IMG/VR virus record: IMGVR_UViG_3300032770_000001
Location: 186,001-250,000 of that record
Direction: 5' to 3' (one strand)
DNA length: 64,000 nucleotides
Part shown: positions 54,983-63,753 of the stretch, piece after piece
Position numbering within the stretch: position 1 is the first letter of the stretch
How the letters are laid out: every line of letters begins with the position of its first letter
Notes under the pieces: model-generated
Databases searched by the model: none
What the model was told of the DNA's origin: nothing
What the model saw: the letters and a program-made list of their open reading frames with translations, nothing else
Position numbers and translations under genes: made by a program

Positions 54983-55565
54983 TTATTACGAGCGACACGG
55001 TTTCAAGTACATCAACGTGCCGTGGTGCGTCAGCGAAGAAGCGATGATGATTACTCGTCCGGAGTGGGCGAAATCGAGCATCTGCACGTTAATAGCTGGG
55101 GGTGAGCCCACGTGTCCGGTTGCATCTGCTGAACAGAGTTTTCTTCAACTCCAGATAGATGCAATCGGACGCGGCGAACGCATGGCTGGAAAGTACGTGG
55201 CGATCACGCCGTGTTTCCGAAATGAGCCTGTATTGGATGATTTGCATCAGGCGTACTTCATGAAGGTGGAATTGATCCATTGGGGTGAGACCGCCGATGG
55301 GGTTTGTTTACGAGACGTGTACGATATGGTCAACACGGCTCAGATGCTTTTGAACTGCCACGTGCCGACTATCCGTGTAGTGAACGAGGAGCCCGACCCG
55401 GTTTCGGTTGGCTATGCCTTCGACATCAATGCCAAGTCTACTGGGATCGAACTCGGCAGTTATGGTATCCGCGAATACCCGGCAGTGGGGCGGTGGGTAT
55501 ACGGCACCGGGCTGGCGGAACCGCGAATGACTTATGCCATTGAAAAAGACACGACTGTCGGCTGA
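54927..55565 (+). CDS. stand-alone class II aminoacyl-tRNA-synthetase-like catalytic domain
   Basis: GFKYINVP (motif 1-like), SAEQ, PCFRNE...H...FMKVE (motif 2), IELGS, GTGLAEPR (motif 3); start re-called at TTG behind GAGG. Confidence 0.7.
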   Translation: MLTTWVGPEQYNRLLRAIDYYERHGFKYINVPWCVSEEAMMITRPEWAKSSICTLIAGGEPTCPVASAEQSFLQLQIDAIGRGERMAGKYVAITPCFRNEPVLDDLHQAYFMKVELIHWGETADGVCLRDVYDMVNTAQMLLNCHVPTIRVVNEEPDPVSVGYAFDINAKSTGIELGSYGIREYPAVGRWVYGTGLAEPRMTYAIEKDTTVG

Positions 55566-55866
55566 AGATCGGGCACGGGAAGCTGCTCGCCGCGATCCCC
55601 GGCAGATGGCGCTTCCGCTACCAGAAGATTATTTGAAAGGGTTGATTTTTCCCACTAAATACGTTAAAACTCTTGAGGAACGGATCGAGGGTTTGCCGAA
55701 GTGGGCGCAGCGTCACATAGCAGAACTGGAGGCTAGACTTCAGAATGCTTTAGTATGTGGCAGCGTCGGTGCGGACAATGTGGCAGAGACCTCTACAAGC
55801 ACCACCTGTCTGAAATCATCCGCTGTATCTGCGGGTGGACATGGGGAGATTGATGAAACTCGGTAA
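55534..55866 (+). CDS. hypothetical protein
   Basis: Chain; LPKWAQRHIAELE. Confidence 0.55.
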   Translation: MPLKKTRLSAEDRAREAARRDPRQMALPLPEDYLKGLIFPTKYVKTLEERIEGLPKWAQRHIAELEARLQNALVCGSVGADNVAETSTSTTCLKSSAVSAGGHGEIDETR

Positions 55867-56512
55867 CTGGTATGACATGGTGCCTGTGAGTCAAATCACG
55901 CACCGTATTTTTGTCGGCGGCTACGCGCAAGCGGCACAGCTTCCCATCAACAACCCCCACAAAATCAGCGCCGTGCTCAACGTCTCGACCGAACCACCCT
56001 ACGAGAAAGACCCGAACATCGTTTACTGCCACGTCCCGTTCAATGACGGCGAGGGCATCCCCCGTAGCCAATTCGTAAAGTGTCTCGGTTTCCTCCAGTG
56101 GGCATACGAGACTGGTCACACGATCCTGATCCATTGCGCAGCCGGAATTTCCCGGTCGGTTGTCATCACGGCGTCGTTCATGGAATACGAGAAACTCATG
56201 GGCTTCGATGAGGCTCTGGACCGTATCCGCAAGTGTCGCGCTATCGCGAACCCGGCTCCGGCAGTGCAGGTATCGGCAAAGAAATTCCTCGGAGTCTGGC
56301 CTTACGATGGTTCGATGGGCTCAACTTCACAGGCCGAGCACGAGAAGGTCATCCGCGAGGCGTTCGTGTGGATGGATGCACAACGTGCGGCGGATGCCCA
56401 CACCAAGGACAACTGTCCGATGAAGATTTTCCTGATCTCCCACAGCCCTGAAGACAACACGCCCCGGCACATGATAAAATGTACATGTGACCAACTTCTC
56501 ACTGGGACGTAG
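55853..56512 (+). CDS. dual-specificity (Cys-based) phosphatase
   Basis: IHCAAGISRS (HCxxGxxR), PFNDG acid loop. Confidence 0.92.
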   Translation: MKLGNWYDMVPVSQITHRIFVGGYAQAAQLPINNPHKISAVLNVSTEPPYEKDPNIVYCHVPFNDGEGIPRSQFVKCLGFLQWAYETGHTILIHCAAGISRSVVITASFMEYEKLMGFDEALDRIRKCRAIANPAPAVQVSAKKFLGVWPYDGSMGSTSQAEHEKVIREAFVWMDAQRAADAHTKDNCPMKIFLISHSPEDNTPRHMIKCTCDQLLTGT

Positions 56513-56524
56513 TATTATCCATGT

Positions 56525-56767
56525 ATGGGCAATCTTTCGTATAAGCTGCTAGACAGCGAACAAGCCGCTTTCGAGAAATGGGCGAAAGAGCACGAAGGCT
56601 CGTGTGAGTATACGAGCAAAACCGCAGCGAATCCAGCCCATCCCAAATACTTTACGCCGACCTCTCCAGTTGAGGTCGCTTTCCGCGCAACAGGGGTTGG
56701 ACCTGTCATCCATGTTCGCTGCCTGTGCGGGGCAGAAGTTGACATTACAGATTACGAGGCATTCTAA
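56525..56767 (+). CDS. small putative metal-binding protein (paralog of 28191-28466)
   Basis: W...H...C, F..TGVG, CLCG, TDYEAF. Confidence 0.65.
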   Translation: MGNLSYKLLDSEQAAFEKWAKEHEGSCEYTSKTAANPAHPKYFTPTSPVEVAFRATGVGPVIHVRCLCGAEVDITDYEAF

Positions 56768-57468
56768 TGGCAATCCCGGTTGAAGGACAACTGATTCAGT
56801 TGATGGATTTGAACGGTATCGGTGAAGCGAACCAAGAGAAAATCTTCGCCTATCTGAATGTCGTCGCCGACAAGCACCCCGATACGGCGCAGCACTCCAT
56901 GCGCGTTGGCGTGCTGGCTGCACGCATCGCCCGTGTGCAGGCGATTCCCGGCGTCACTCCCAAAATGCTGCTCTGGGCTGGCTGCCTGCATGACGTGGGC
57001 AAGGTCGTGGTAGACCTTGAAACTCTCAATAAAGTTGAGAAATTCACCAAGAAGGACATGAAGAAAATGGAGCCGCACGTTATCATGGGATGGCAGATGC
57101 TCGATAAACTTCATGATTACACCGCCGCCATCATCGTGCGTCACCACCAGTTCGGCCCGAAACCGTATCCCACGAAATTGCCGGAACTCCCGGATTGGCT
57201 CGAACCCAAGAAAGCCCTCATCAACACGGCGGCACGTCAGCTTGCGCTGGCGGACTACTATGACGCCCTGATGAACCGCAAGAACGACAAGAACAAGGCG
57301 AAGCCGAAGAAGGGTGAGAAGGTCGCAAAAGAACTCAACGGCGAAGAGAAGCGCAACCTGTACTTCAAGGACAACGCCGATCAGAGCCGCCTCATCATGC
57401 TGCTCGAACAGCAGGGTGTGCTCAAGTTCCCCGACGCCTATCAAGACACGGTTGTGCAGGTGCTCTGA
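56767..57468 (+). CDS. HD-GYP-like phosphodiesterase
   Basis: TAQHSMRV, LHDVGK, H...G, HHQ...PYP, LADYYDAL. Confidence 0.8.
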   Translation: MAIPVEGQLIQLMDLNGIGEANQEKIFAYLNVVADKHPDTAQHSMRVGVLAARIARVQAIPGVTPKMLLWAGCLHDVGKVVVDLETLNKVEKFTKKDMKKMEPHVIMGWQMLDKLHDYTAAIIVRHHQFGPKPYPTKLPELPDWLEPKKALINTAARQLALADYYDALMNRKNDKNKAKPKKGEKVAKELNGEEKRNLYFKDNADQSRLIMLLEQQGVLKFPDAYQDTVVQVL

Positions 57469-57719
57469 TGCTTGTCGAACTTCATTGGTACATGCCGTGG
57501 TATCCAATCGGAGACCCCGCGTTTCCGGAACACCGTCCATTTTCCATTGCGCCCGATCAAGTGGCGGACGTATCCGTTCTTCCCCCCTATGCTTACACTT
57601 TCGTTAACGGCGGATCAGGCAGTTATCCTGAAGGCACGAATATCACGATGAAGAATGGTAACAAGTTCGAGGCTAAGGAAAAGTACGCTGAGGTCATGAA
57701 GCTGCTGAGGGGTGAATAG
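57468..57719 (+). CDS. hypothetical protein
   Basis: TGATG overlap. Confidence 0.6.
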   Translation: MLVELHWYMPWYPIGDPAFPEHRPFSIAPDQVADVSVLPPYAYTFVNGGSGSYPEGTNITMKNGNKFEAKEKYAEVMKLLRGE

Positions 57720-58000
57720 TGCTTGCCGAGCTAATCCAAGAAGTCGAAGGATATAAGCGGGGGCAAGAGTACAAGATCAACTACCTAGCCCGGATGCTTG
57801 CCGCCTATGACGATAAAACGTGGGTGCGCCTAAGACGGGATCGCCGGAGAACGTACCTTCGGGCAGCGACCACCCTGTACCACAACTGGGGGGAGTTTGA
57901 GGCGTGGTTGCAGGCCAACAAATTTCCCGGAAAATCTGTGATTTCCGACCCCTTAGTAGAGGGCACACATGGGCAAGAAGGTCGCAGCGACCGAGGTTAA
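57719..58000 (+). CDS. hypothetical protein
   Basis: GAGGGG RBS before GTG. Confidence 0.55.
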   Translation: MLAELIQEVEGYKRGQEYKINYLARMLAAYDDKTWVRLRRDRRRTYLRAATTLYHNWGEFEAWLQANKFPGKSVISDPLVEGTHGQEGRSDRG

Positions 58001-58454
58001 AGCACCCGGTACATATCAAAAGCACCTGAAATACACCATATTCCTCGCCGGGGCCATCGACCAAGGCAGCGCCGTGGACTGGCAGAAAAAGGTGGCTCGT
58101 GCCCTCGACGACTTGGATGTCCTCGTTCTGAACCCCCGCCGTGACGATTGGGACGCCTCTTGGGAGCAGTGCCAAACCTGTGAACCCTTCCGCAGTCAAG
58201 TCATGTGGGAAATTCAGGCGCAGGAAGATTCCGACATGAACATCTTCGTGTTCACCAAGGATTCAAAAGCTCCTATCACTTTTTTCGAATTGGGAGCTTT
58301 CGGAACACGCAAGGAAGCCATCGTTTGTGCTGAGGAGGGTTTCTACCGTCAGGCGAACCTCGACATTTACTGCGAACACTTCGGTATCGCCATGTACCAC
58401 AACCTTGACGAAATGATTGCCGACCTCCATGATGTATTAGAGCAGAGGGCTTAA
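57969..58454 (+). CDS. nucleoside 2-deoxyribosyltransferase-like protein
   Basis: IFLAGAI, DWQ, NPRR, WE...D, PITFFELG. Confidence 0.85.
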   Translation: MGKKVAATEVKAPGTYQKHLKYTIFLAGAIDQGSAVDWQKKVARALDDLDVLVLNPRRDDWDASWEQCQTCEPFRSQVMWEIQAQEDSDMNIFVFTKDSKAPITFFELGAFGTRKEAIVCAEEGFYRQANLDIYCEHFGIAMYHNLDEMIADLHDVLEQRA

Positions 58455-59197
58455 TGGCAGGTCAGGACGTTTTCGTTCTCACATCTATCTTGGAAAACGG
58501 GGAGAATCGCCCCGTCGCCGTCACCACCGACGAGCACGTTGCTAATGAGTGGGTACGGGCTGGCAACGATAACGACTGGATTTCCTTCACGCTCGACGAT
58601 TTGAGCACCACCGGACTCGCCAAAGAAGTCACCCCCTTTAAGCCGAAGCAGAAGATGCCTGCTGAGGAAGCCATTAAGAACATCAATGACCAACTGGTGA
58701 AACAGAATCAAGAGCTTCAGGAAGTCGTCCAGTTGCTTCAGAAACGCATTCAGATGTACGAAAAACGTATGGGCTACAAATCGAGTGCCGAAAACCCGCT
58801 GTTCGAGAAAAGCGCGGGGGCACCGGGTTCCCACCTGTACCACGGCACGTCCGAGAAAGCGTACAAAGCAATCATCCGCAATGACTACAAAATGACGGCA
58901 CCGAGCTACTGGGCTACGCTAGAGGTTGCCGAGTATTACGCCGAGGTCGCGGCAGAAGAAGATGGCAGCAACATCAAAGTCGTAATCGAGATGCCAATAG
59001 GTTTGTTCAGTTCCGACCATTTAGCCCCGGATGACAACTCCATCGCCGAGCCCCTGACCTACACGTTGGGGATGACTGAGACCGACTTGTACGATCAATG
59101 GCAAAGCAGCGATGGCACGTGGGAAGACAGCCTTGAAATTTATGGCAGCGTGAAGTACAACGCCGTCGTCGATATCAGACAGGGGAACCTTGTATGA
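58454..59197 (+). CDS. two-part protein: N-terminal domain + coiled coil, C-terminal ADP-ribosyltransferase-like domain
   Basis: LYHGTS...I...Y.AT..VAEYYA...VVIE pattern after a linker. Confidence 0.55.
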   Translation: MAGQDVFVLTSILENGENRPVAVTTDEHVANEWVRAGNDNDWISFTLDDLSTTGLAKEVTPFKPKQKMPAEEAIKNINDQLVKQNQELQEVVQLLQKRIQMYEKRMGYKSSAENPLFEKSAGAPGSHLYHGTSEKAYKAIIRNDYKMTAPSYWATLEVAEYYAEVAAEEDGSNIKVVIEMPIGLFSSDHLAPDDNSIAEPLTYTLGMTETDLYDQWQSSDGTWEDSLEIYGSVKYNAVVDIRQGNLV

Positions 59198-59385
59198 CTC
59201 GTGAAGAAGAGTTACGGGCGATTTTCTTTCCCGTCATGTACGAATGGTACGAGTGGAAGGAAGACCCGACCATTTTTGTACCCGGCACCGATTTCAACCG
59301 GATGTTGGATGAACTGAGAGAACGGTACAAGGTGACGCCGGAAGAGTGGGAAAAGCTGGAAATTCAATACTGGGAGACACTGTGA
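59194..59385 (+). CDS. hypothetical protein
   Basis: ATGA overlap, AGGGG RBS. Confidence 0.55.
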   Translation: MTREEELRAIFFPVMYEWYEWKEDPTIFVPGTDFNRMLDELRERYKVTPEEWEKLEIQYWETL

Positions 59386-59576
59386 TGGGGTTACGTGATG
59401 ATGATCCGAGCATTTACGAAGATCGTGCGTTGTTAGAGTGGGCACGGCAAGCACCGAGACCACGCGGTTACGATGACGGACCGATGTCCGAGGAAGAGTC
59501 CGCCGCCCGTGACCATGCCGTCCGCGAGCACGCGAAGCGCAAACCTCACGTTCGCCGCTACGCCGACGAGGACTGA
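59385..59576 (+). CDS. hypothetical protein
   Basis: TGATG overlap, GGAG RBS. Confidence 0.55.
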   Translation: MGLRDDDPSIYEDRALLEWARQAPRPRGYDDGPMSEEESAARDHAVREHAKRKPHVRRYADED

Positions 59577-59851
59577 TGCACCTGCACCAACTCCACCTAC
59601 CTGTGGTCTTAGCGGTCTATTGGTTTCTCCAAGACCCGCACGAATACGTGTTTCGTTTCGTCCGCTGGGCTGCCAAGACGGTTATTTTCTGGGTGATGGC
59701 GTTTGTCGTTCTGATGCTCCTCGCCAACATCATCGTGGGGATCATTCATTTCGGGTTCCACGTCCCCATGTCCGTAATCATAGCCACAGTTGATGGCTGG
59801 AATGCCTACGTCCGGCATTGGCGACAATGGTTGGAGGGGCACCAACTCTGA
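59576..59851 (+). CDS. membrane protein
   Basis: GAGG RBS; hydrophobic. Confidence 0.6.
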   Translation: MHLHQLHLPVVLAVYWFLQDPHEYVFRFVRWAAKTVIFWVMAFVVLMLLANIIVGIIHFGFHVPMSVIIATVDGWNAYVRHWRQWLEGHQL

Positions 59852-60049
59852 TGTGGCTTTCCATGATTTGGCTCTGCGGAGCCCTAGTTGTCGGCTGGGA
59901 AGGGCATATTCTTGCTTGTTTGATTTTGTTCGACTGCTACCTTGCCCATCGTATTTTCATTGAAAAAAGATTTCTTCGCAGGCCATAAAAATCCCGCCAA
60001 TTCAGTATTCCTCTGTAGATGCCCCTGAGGGCGTCGGAAAAGAGGAAAC

Positions 60050-60412
60050 TTGAACCCCAAAAAGAAGAGTACCCCTCCGGCAAAACCGGAGGATTTTAAG
60101 TCCTTCAAGGACTTCTGCGAGAAATTCTACCCAATCGACAAGTTCCCACGCCGTAAGCGTTGTCCGCATCCGAATTGTCCGGAGAACGACCGCGACCCGT
60201 GGATCGACGAGTACCGCGAGTGCACACTACACAAGCCGATCTGGATTTCTATCCCCGCTGGCGAGCACATTCATATCGAGTGCCCGGTCCATCCCGGAGG
60301 TCACATTCTACGCGGCTCCAACATCCGTTACGAGATTCAGATGGACAAGGATGACTGGGGCACGCCCCGTTGGTGGAAGGAAAACAATCTTCCCGGAAAG
60401 GTCTGGATGTAA
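60050..60412 (+). CDS. Cys/His-rich protein (paralog of the next gene)
   Basis: KP....IPAGEHIH..CPVHP. Confidence 0.65.
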   Translation: MNPKKKSTPPAKPEDFKSFKDFCEKFYPIDKFPRRKRCPHPNCPENDRDPWIDEYRECTLHKPIWISIPAGEHIHIECPVHPGGHILRGSNIRYEIQMDKDDWGTPRWWKENNLPGKVWM

Positions 60413-60712
60413 ATGAAAATCCGTAAATCAAACCCATGCCCACAGTGTCCGCCTGACGCCCCTTACGAGGAACCGGAGCCGTACAATCCTGCCTGTATTT
60501 GCAACAAGCCGATGTTGCTGTACATCCCGGCAGGACAGCATATCCATTGCCCGGTACATCCGGACGTGGTTATCTACAGTTCCAGTCCGATGTGCATGAG
60601 CACAGGACTGGATTACACGCACGATGCCTCTAAGGATTTGACCTACGATTCGACCAAACCGTTTGGGACGATGACGGGCGCAAATATTCTGTCAGGCAAG
60701 ATCACTTGCTGA
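60413..60712 (+). CDS. Cys/His-rich protein (paralog of the previous gene)
   Basis: KP....IPAGQHIHCPVHP. Confidence 0.65.
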   Translation: MKIRKSNPCPQCPPDAPYEEPEPYNPACICNKPMLLYIPAGQHIHCPVHPDVVIYSSSPMCMSTGLDYTHDASKDLTYDSTKPFGTMTGANILSGKITC

Positions 60713-60727
60713 AGTATTAAGCAGTAA

Positions 60728-61111
60728 GTGAGAACACCGCGTAAGCTTTTCAAGGCAATCCACCGGGCTCTGACCCCTGACCTCTTGAATCCCAAGTGGC
60801 GGGATAAGGTCAAGCCCGGTGACCATCCCACGACCGGGCACTGCTACATCTCTGCCGAAGTCTTGTGGCATCTTTGGGGTAAGCGGCGGGGGTATCTCAG
60901 CTACGTTATTAGCGGCGAAGACTGGACACATTGGTTCCTGATGCACCCGGCGTCTCGGCATAAAGCCGACCCCACAGCCGAGCAGTGGAAGGACGAGCCT
61001 ATTCCTTACGACCGTGGACGTGCCTGCGGTTTCCTCACAAAAAAGCCCTCCAAGCGAGCAAGAATCGTAATCCGCCGTATTAGAGAACATGGGAAATCCG
61101 CAGTTTGTTGA
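60728..61111 (+). CDS. hypothetical protein, possible Cys-His-Asp (transglutaminase-like) triad
   Basis: GHCY...HWFL...DPT. Confidence 0.6.
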   Translation: MRTPRKLFKAIHRALTPDLLNPKWRDKVKPGDHPTTGHCYISAEVLWHLWGKRRGYLSYVISGEDWTHWFLMHPASRHKADPTAEQWKDEPIPYDRGRACGFLTKKPSKRARIVIRRIREHGKSAVC

Positions 61112-61541
61112 TGCCTTGCTGTTCAGCCGTGATCTGAGATTTGTGGTTCTGATCCGCAAGACCAAACCCGCGTGGCAAGCTGGCAAGCTCAACTGCGTCG
61201 GCGGTAAGATCGAGCCCGGTGAGACGCCGGAACAGGCTGTTGTTCGCGAGTTCTGGGAAGAGACGGGTGTCCGGATCGAGAACTGGAAACGGTTTCTGGA
61301 CCTGAAACTCACCCGCGATGACGGCGAGCTTTATTGTTTCTACGCCATCGGTGACACTTACGACATCGATAGCAAGACTGAAGAAATTGTCAGCGTCTAT
61401 AACGTCGAAAGCCTGATGACCCGCACGGATACCATCCCTAATCTTCGTTGGCTGGTGCAAATGGCGTTGTCTTTTGAGTATGGCGAGTCCTCCGAAAAAT
61501 TTGTTGCACAGGAAGTCGCTCCAGTCGGTATTACTCAATAA
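61089..61541 (+). CDS. Nudix hydrolase
   Basis: Nudix box GGKIEPGETPEQAVVREFWEETG. Confidence 0.92.
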   Translation: MGNPQFVDALLFSRDLRFVVLIRKTKPAWQAGKLNCVGGKIEPGETPEQAVVREFWEETGVRIENWKRFLDLKLTRDDGELYCFYAIGDTYDIDSKTEEIVSVYNVESLMTRTDTIPNLRWLVQMALSFEYGESSEKFVAQEVAPVGITQ

Positions 61542-61582
61542 GCTCGCAATGAGCCCACAATTCAACGAGGAGGCTTCAAGAG

Positions 61583-62188
61583 ATGTACGAAGCGCAAAGT
61601 TTTCGCAACCAACTCGTCGAATGGATGAAGGAAATCATCCCCTACTCCAACTTCGACAAATACGCTCGCAAAACACGCGAGGGTATCGAGACCAACCCAC
61701 ACAACACCGACCGTCACGCTAACCACGTGAACTACGTCATCTACACCGCACGACACAGCTACAGCATTTCGGCTACGCCGACGTACCTTGGCTGCATCGC
61801 CTCGACCACATACTATCGCCCCGGTGAGAACTGGACACGCGGCAACGATCTCCCGGATGGCAAGTTTTCCCGTGAGACGTGGGAAGCCATCAAAGACGCG
61901 ATCATCCGCTTCGAACTGGAGAAGATCGAACAGACAGTAGTGGGCGGGGTTCCCGATGGTCCGCCAAGCAACTACAAGCCGACGCCCATCGACGAGGAGT
62001 ATTTCGCGGCTCGTCATGCGGCTTTCTTAGCACAGGAACGCCTGAGCAAGGCCGAGCGTGCCATGAACGGGCAGGACAAGAAAGACCCCGAAATGCCGTC
62101 CACTCGTGCAGCCGTAGAGCCCGAAGTGGATATGGACGCTTTCGTAGTTGTAAAAACACCCGACAACGAACCCAAGGTCAGCGCATGA
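61583..62188 (+). CDS. hypothetical protein
   Basis: GAGGAGG RBS; YLGC...R.GENWTRGNDLPDG motif. Confidence 0.7.
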   Translation: MYEAQSFRNQLVEWMKEIIPYSNFDKYARKTREGIETNPHNTDRHANHVNYVIYTARHSYSISATPTYLGCIASTTYYRPGENWTRGNDLPDGKFSRETWEAIKDAIIRFELEKIEQTVVGGVPDGPPSNYKPTPIDEEYFAARHAAFLAQERLSKAERAMNGQDKKDPEMPSTRAAVEPEVDMDAFVVVKTPDNEPKVSA

Positions 62189-63126
62189 AAATCGAAAGCA
62201 AGTTGATTCTCGCAAGCAAATCAGCGGTGACAGGCGTGAACCTGTACACCTTCGTTCTCACCTATCCCCGCGTCATCCTTGCGGAAGTCAACACGCATCG
62301 TATGCTGAGCCGCAACACTGCGTCTTCGCGTGCGATTCCTTCAAAGAAACAGAGAGAGCGGGTCTTACAAGACCCGTTTCTCCCTGTCACCATCGGGCAA
62401 AACCAGAAGGGGATGCAGGCCGGGGCGGAACTTTCCGGCTGGCGTCGTACTGCCGCCTACAAGACGTGGGAGTACACCCGTTATGTTAACGTCTTCGCCT
62501 CCTACTTGCTCGACAAGCTGGGAGCCCACAAGCAGGTGGTCAATCGCATCGTCGAGCCGTGGACGTACACCCAGCAGGTAGTCACCGCGACCGACCTGAA
62601 GAATGTATTCAAGCTCCGCAACCACAAGGATGCTGAGCCCCACTTCCAGATCATCGCTAAGCAGATGCAAGAGCAGGTTGAGTACGTCGAGCTTCTGTTT
62701 GAAAAAGCTTTGCCGCCTGAGATGTGGAAAGATGACAAGCTGTACCGCCGCCGTCTGGAACTGTATGGGATGCCGAAGGGTATCGGTGTGATCCAAGTGC
62801 TTCGCCCCGGTGAGTGGCATCTACCATTCGTCGATGACGATGAACTCTGGCCCGGCCACAACTACGATTTGGCGATCAACTGGGAAGAACTCAAGCAGGT
62901 CTCAACCGCCCGTGACGCCCGTGTCAGCTACTTCCTGCCGGAGAACGGGCAACGTTCCGACTACAGCCGTGATCTCGAACTATGCGGTCGCCTGTCCACA
63001 TCCGGGCACATGAGCCCGTTCGAGCACATTGCCACGCCTCTTGAAACTGCCACATATATGGGCAATTTCAAGGGCTGGAAGCAGTACCGCAAAGAATTTG
63101 AGCAGGAGGCTGGCGGCGACCGCTGA
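62185..63126 (+). CDS. thyX: flavin-dependent thymidylate synthase (phage ThyX-like)
   Basis: AEVNTHRMLSRNTASSRAIP (RHRx7SxR variant), LRNH..A.P, ARVSY, HMSPFEH; start re-called at ATGA overlap. Confidence 0.85.
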   Translation: MKIESKLILASKSAVTGVNLYTFVLTYPRVILAEVNTHRMLSRNTASSRAIPSKKQRERVLQDPFLPVTIGQNQKGMQAGAELSGWRRTAAYKTWEYTRYVNVFASYLLDKLGAHKQVVNRIVEPWTYTQQVVTATDLKNVFKLRNHKDAEPHFQIIAKQMQEQVEYVELLFEKALPPEMWKDDKLYRRRLELYGMPKGIGVIQVLRPGEWHLPFVDDDELWPGHNYDLAINWEELKQVSTARDARVSYFLPENGQRSDYSRDLELCGRLSTSGHMSPFEHIATPLETATYMGNFKGWKQYRKEFEQEAGGDR

Positions 63127-63144
63127 GTCGCAGTATTACTCCGT

Positions 63145-63657
63145 ATGGCAACCTTGTTTGTACCGGGGCTTTACCCCACAAAAGACGTTACACCTTCACG
63201 GTGGGATATCTTCTACCTCAAGATGTCCCATCTGGTCTCTCAAATGTCGAAAGACCCCTCGACTCAAACTGGGGCGGTTATTGTCCGCCCGAACAAGTCC
63301 GTGGTGTCGGTCGGCTTCAACGGCTTCCCCAAGGACATGCCGGATAAGCCGGAATACTACGCCGACCGCGAACAAAAATACTCTCGCATCGTGCATTGCG
63401 AGATGAACGCCCTGCTGTTTACGAAAGAGTCGGTGCTGGGTTACACTCTCTACACGTGGCCGTTTGCTTCCTGTGACCGTTGCTGCGTATCCATGCTTCA
63501 GGCTGGGATTACACGTTTCGTCTTTCCGGAACTGCCGGAAGACAAGAAAGAACGCTGGCAGAAGCCCTTGGATTTGACCAAGAAGTACATTGAGGAATGC
63601 AACCACCAGTGGCTTGAGATTGGGCTGAAGGAAATCTATCCTGATGGCACGGTGTAA
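63145..63657 (+). CDS. dCMP deaminase
   Basis: SKDPSTQTGAVI, GFNGFP, HCEMNA, CDRC. Confidence 0.92.
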   Translation: MATLFVPGLYPTKDVTPSRWDIFYLKMSHLVSQMSKDPSTQTGAVIVRPNKSVVSVGFNGFPKDMPDKPEYYADREQKYSRIVHCEMNALLFTKESVLGYTLYTWPFASCDRCCVSMLQAGITRFVFPELPEDKKERWQKPLDLTKKYIEECNHQWLEIGLKEIYPDGTV

Positions 63658-63753
63658 ACGGCATCGCTTCGACACGTTGATTCGCAGCGCAACACGCCCG
63701 TGGATGTGCGGCAAGTGCGGATACTGGCCCCCAGCCAATAAACAGCCGAAGAA

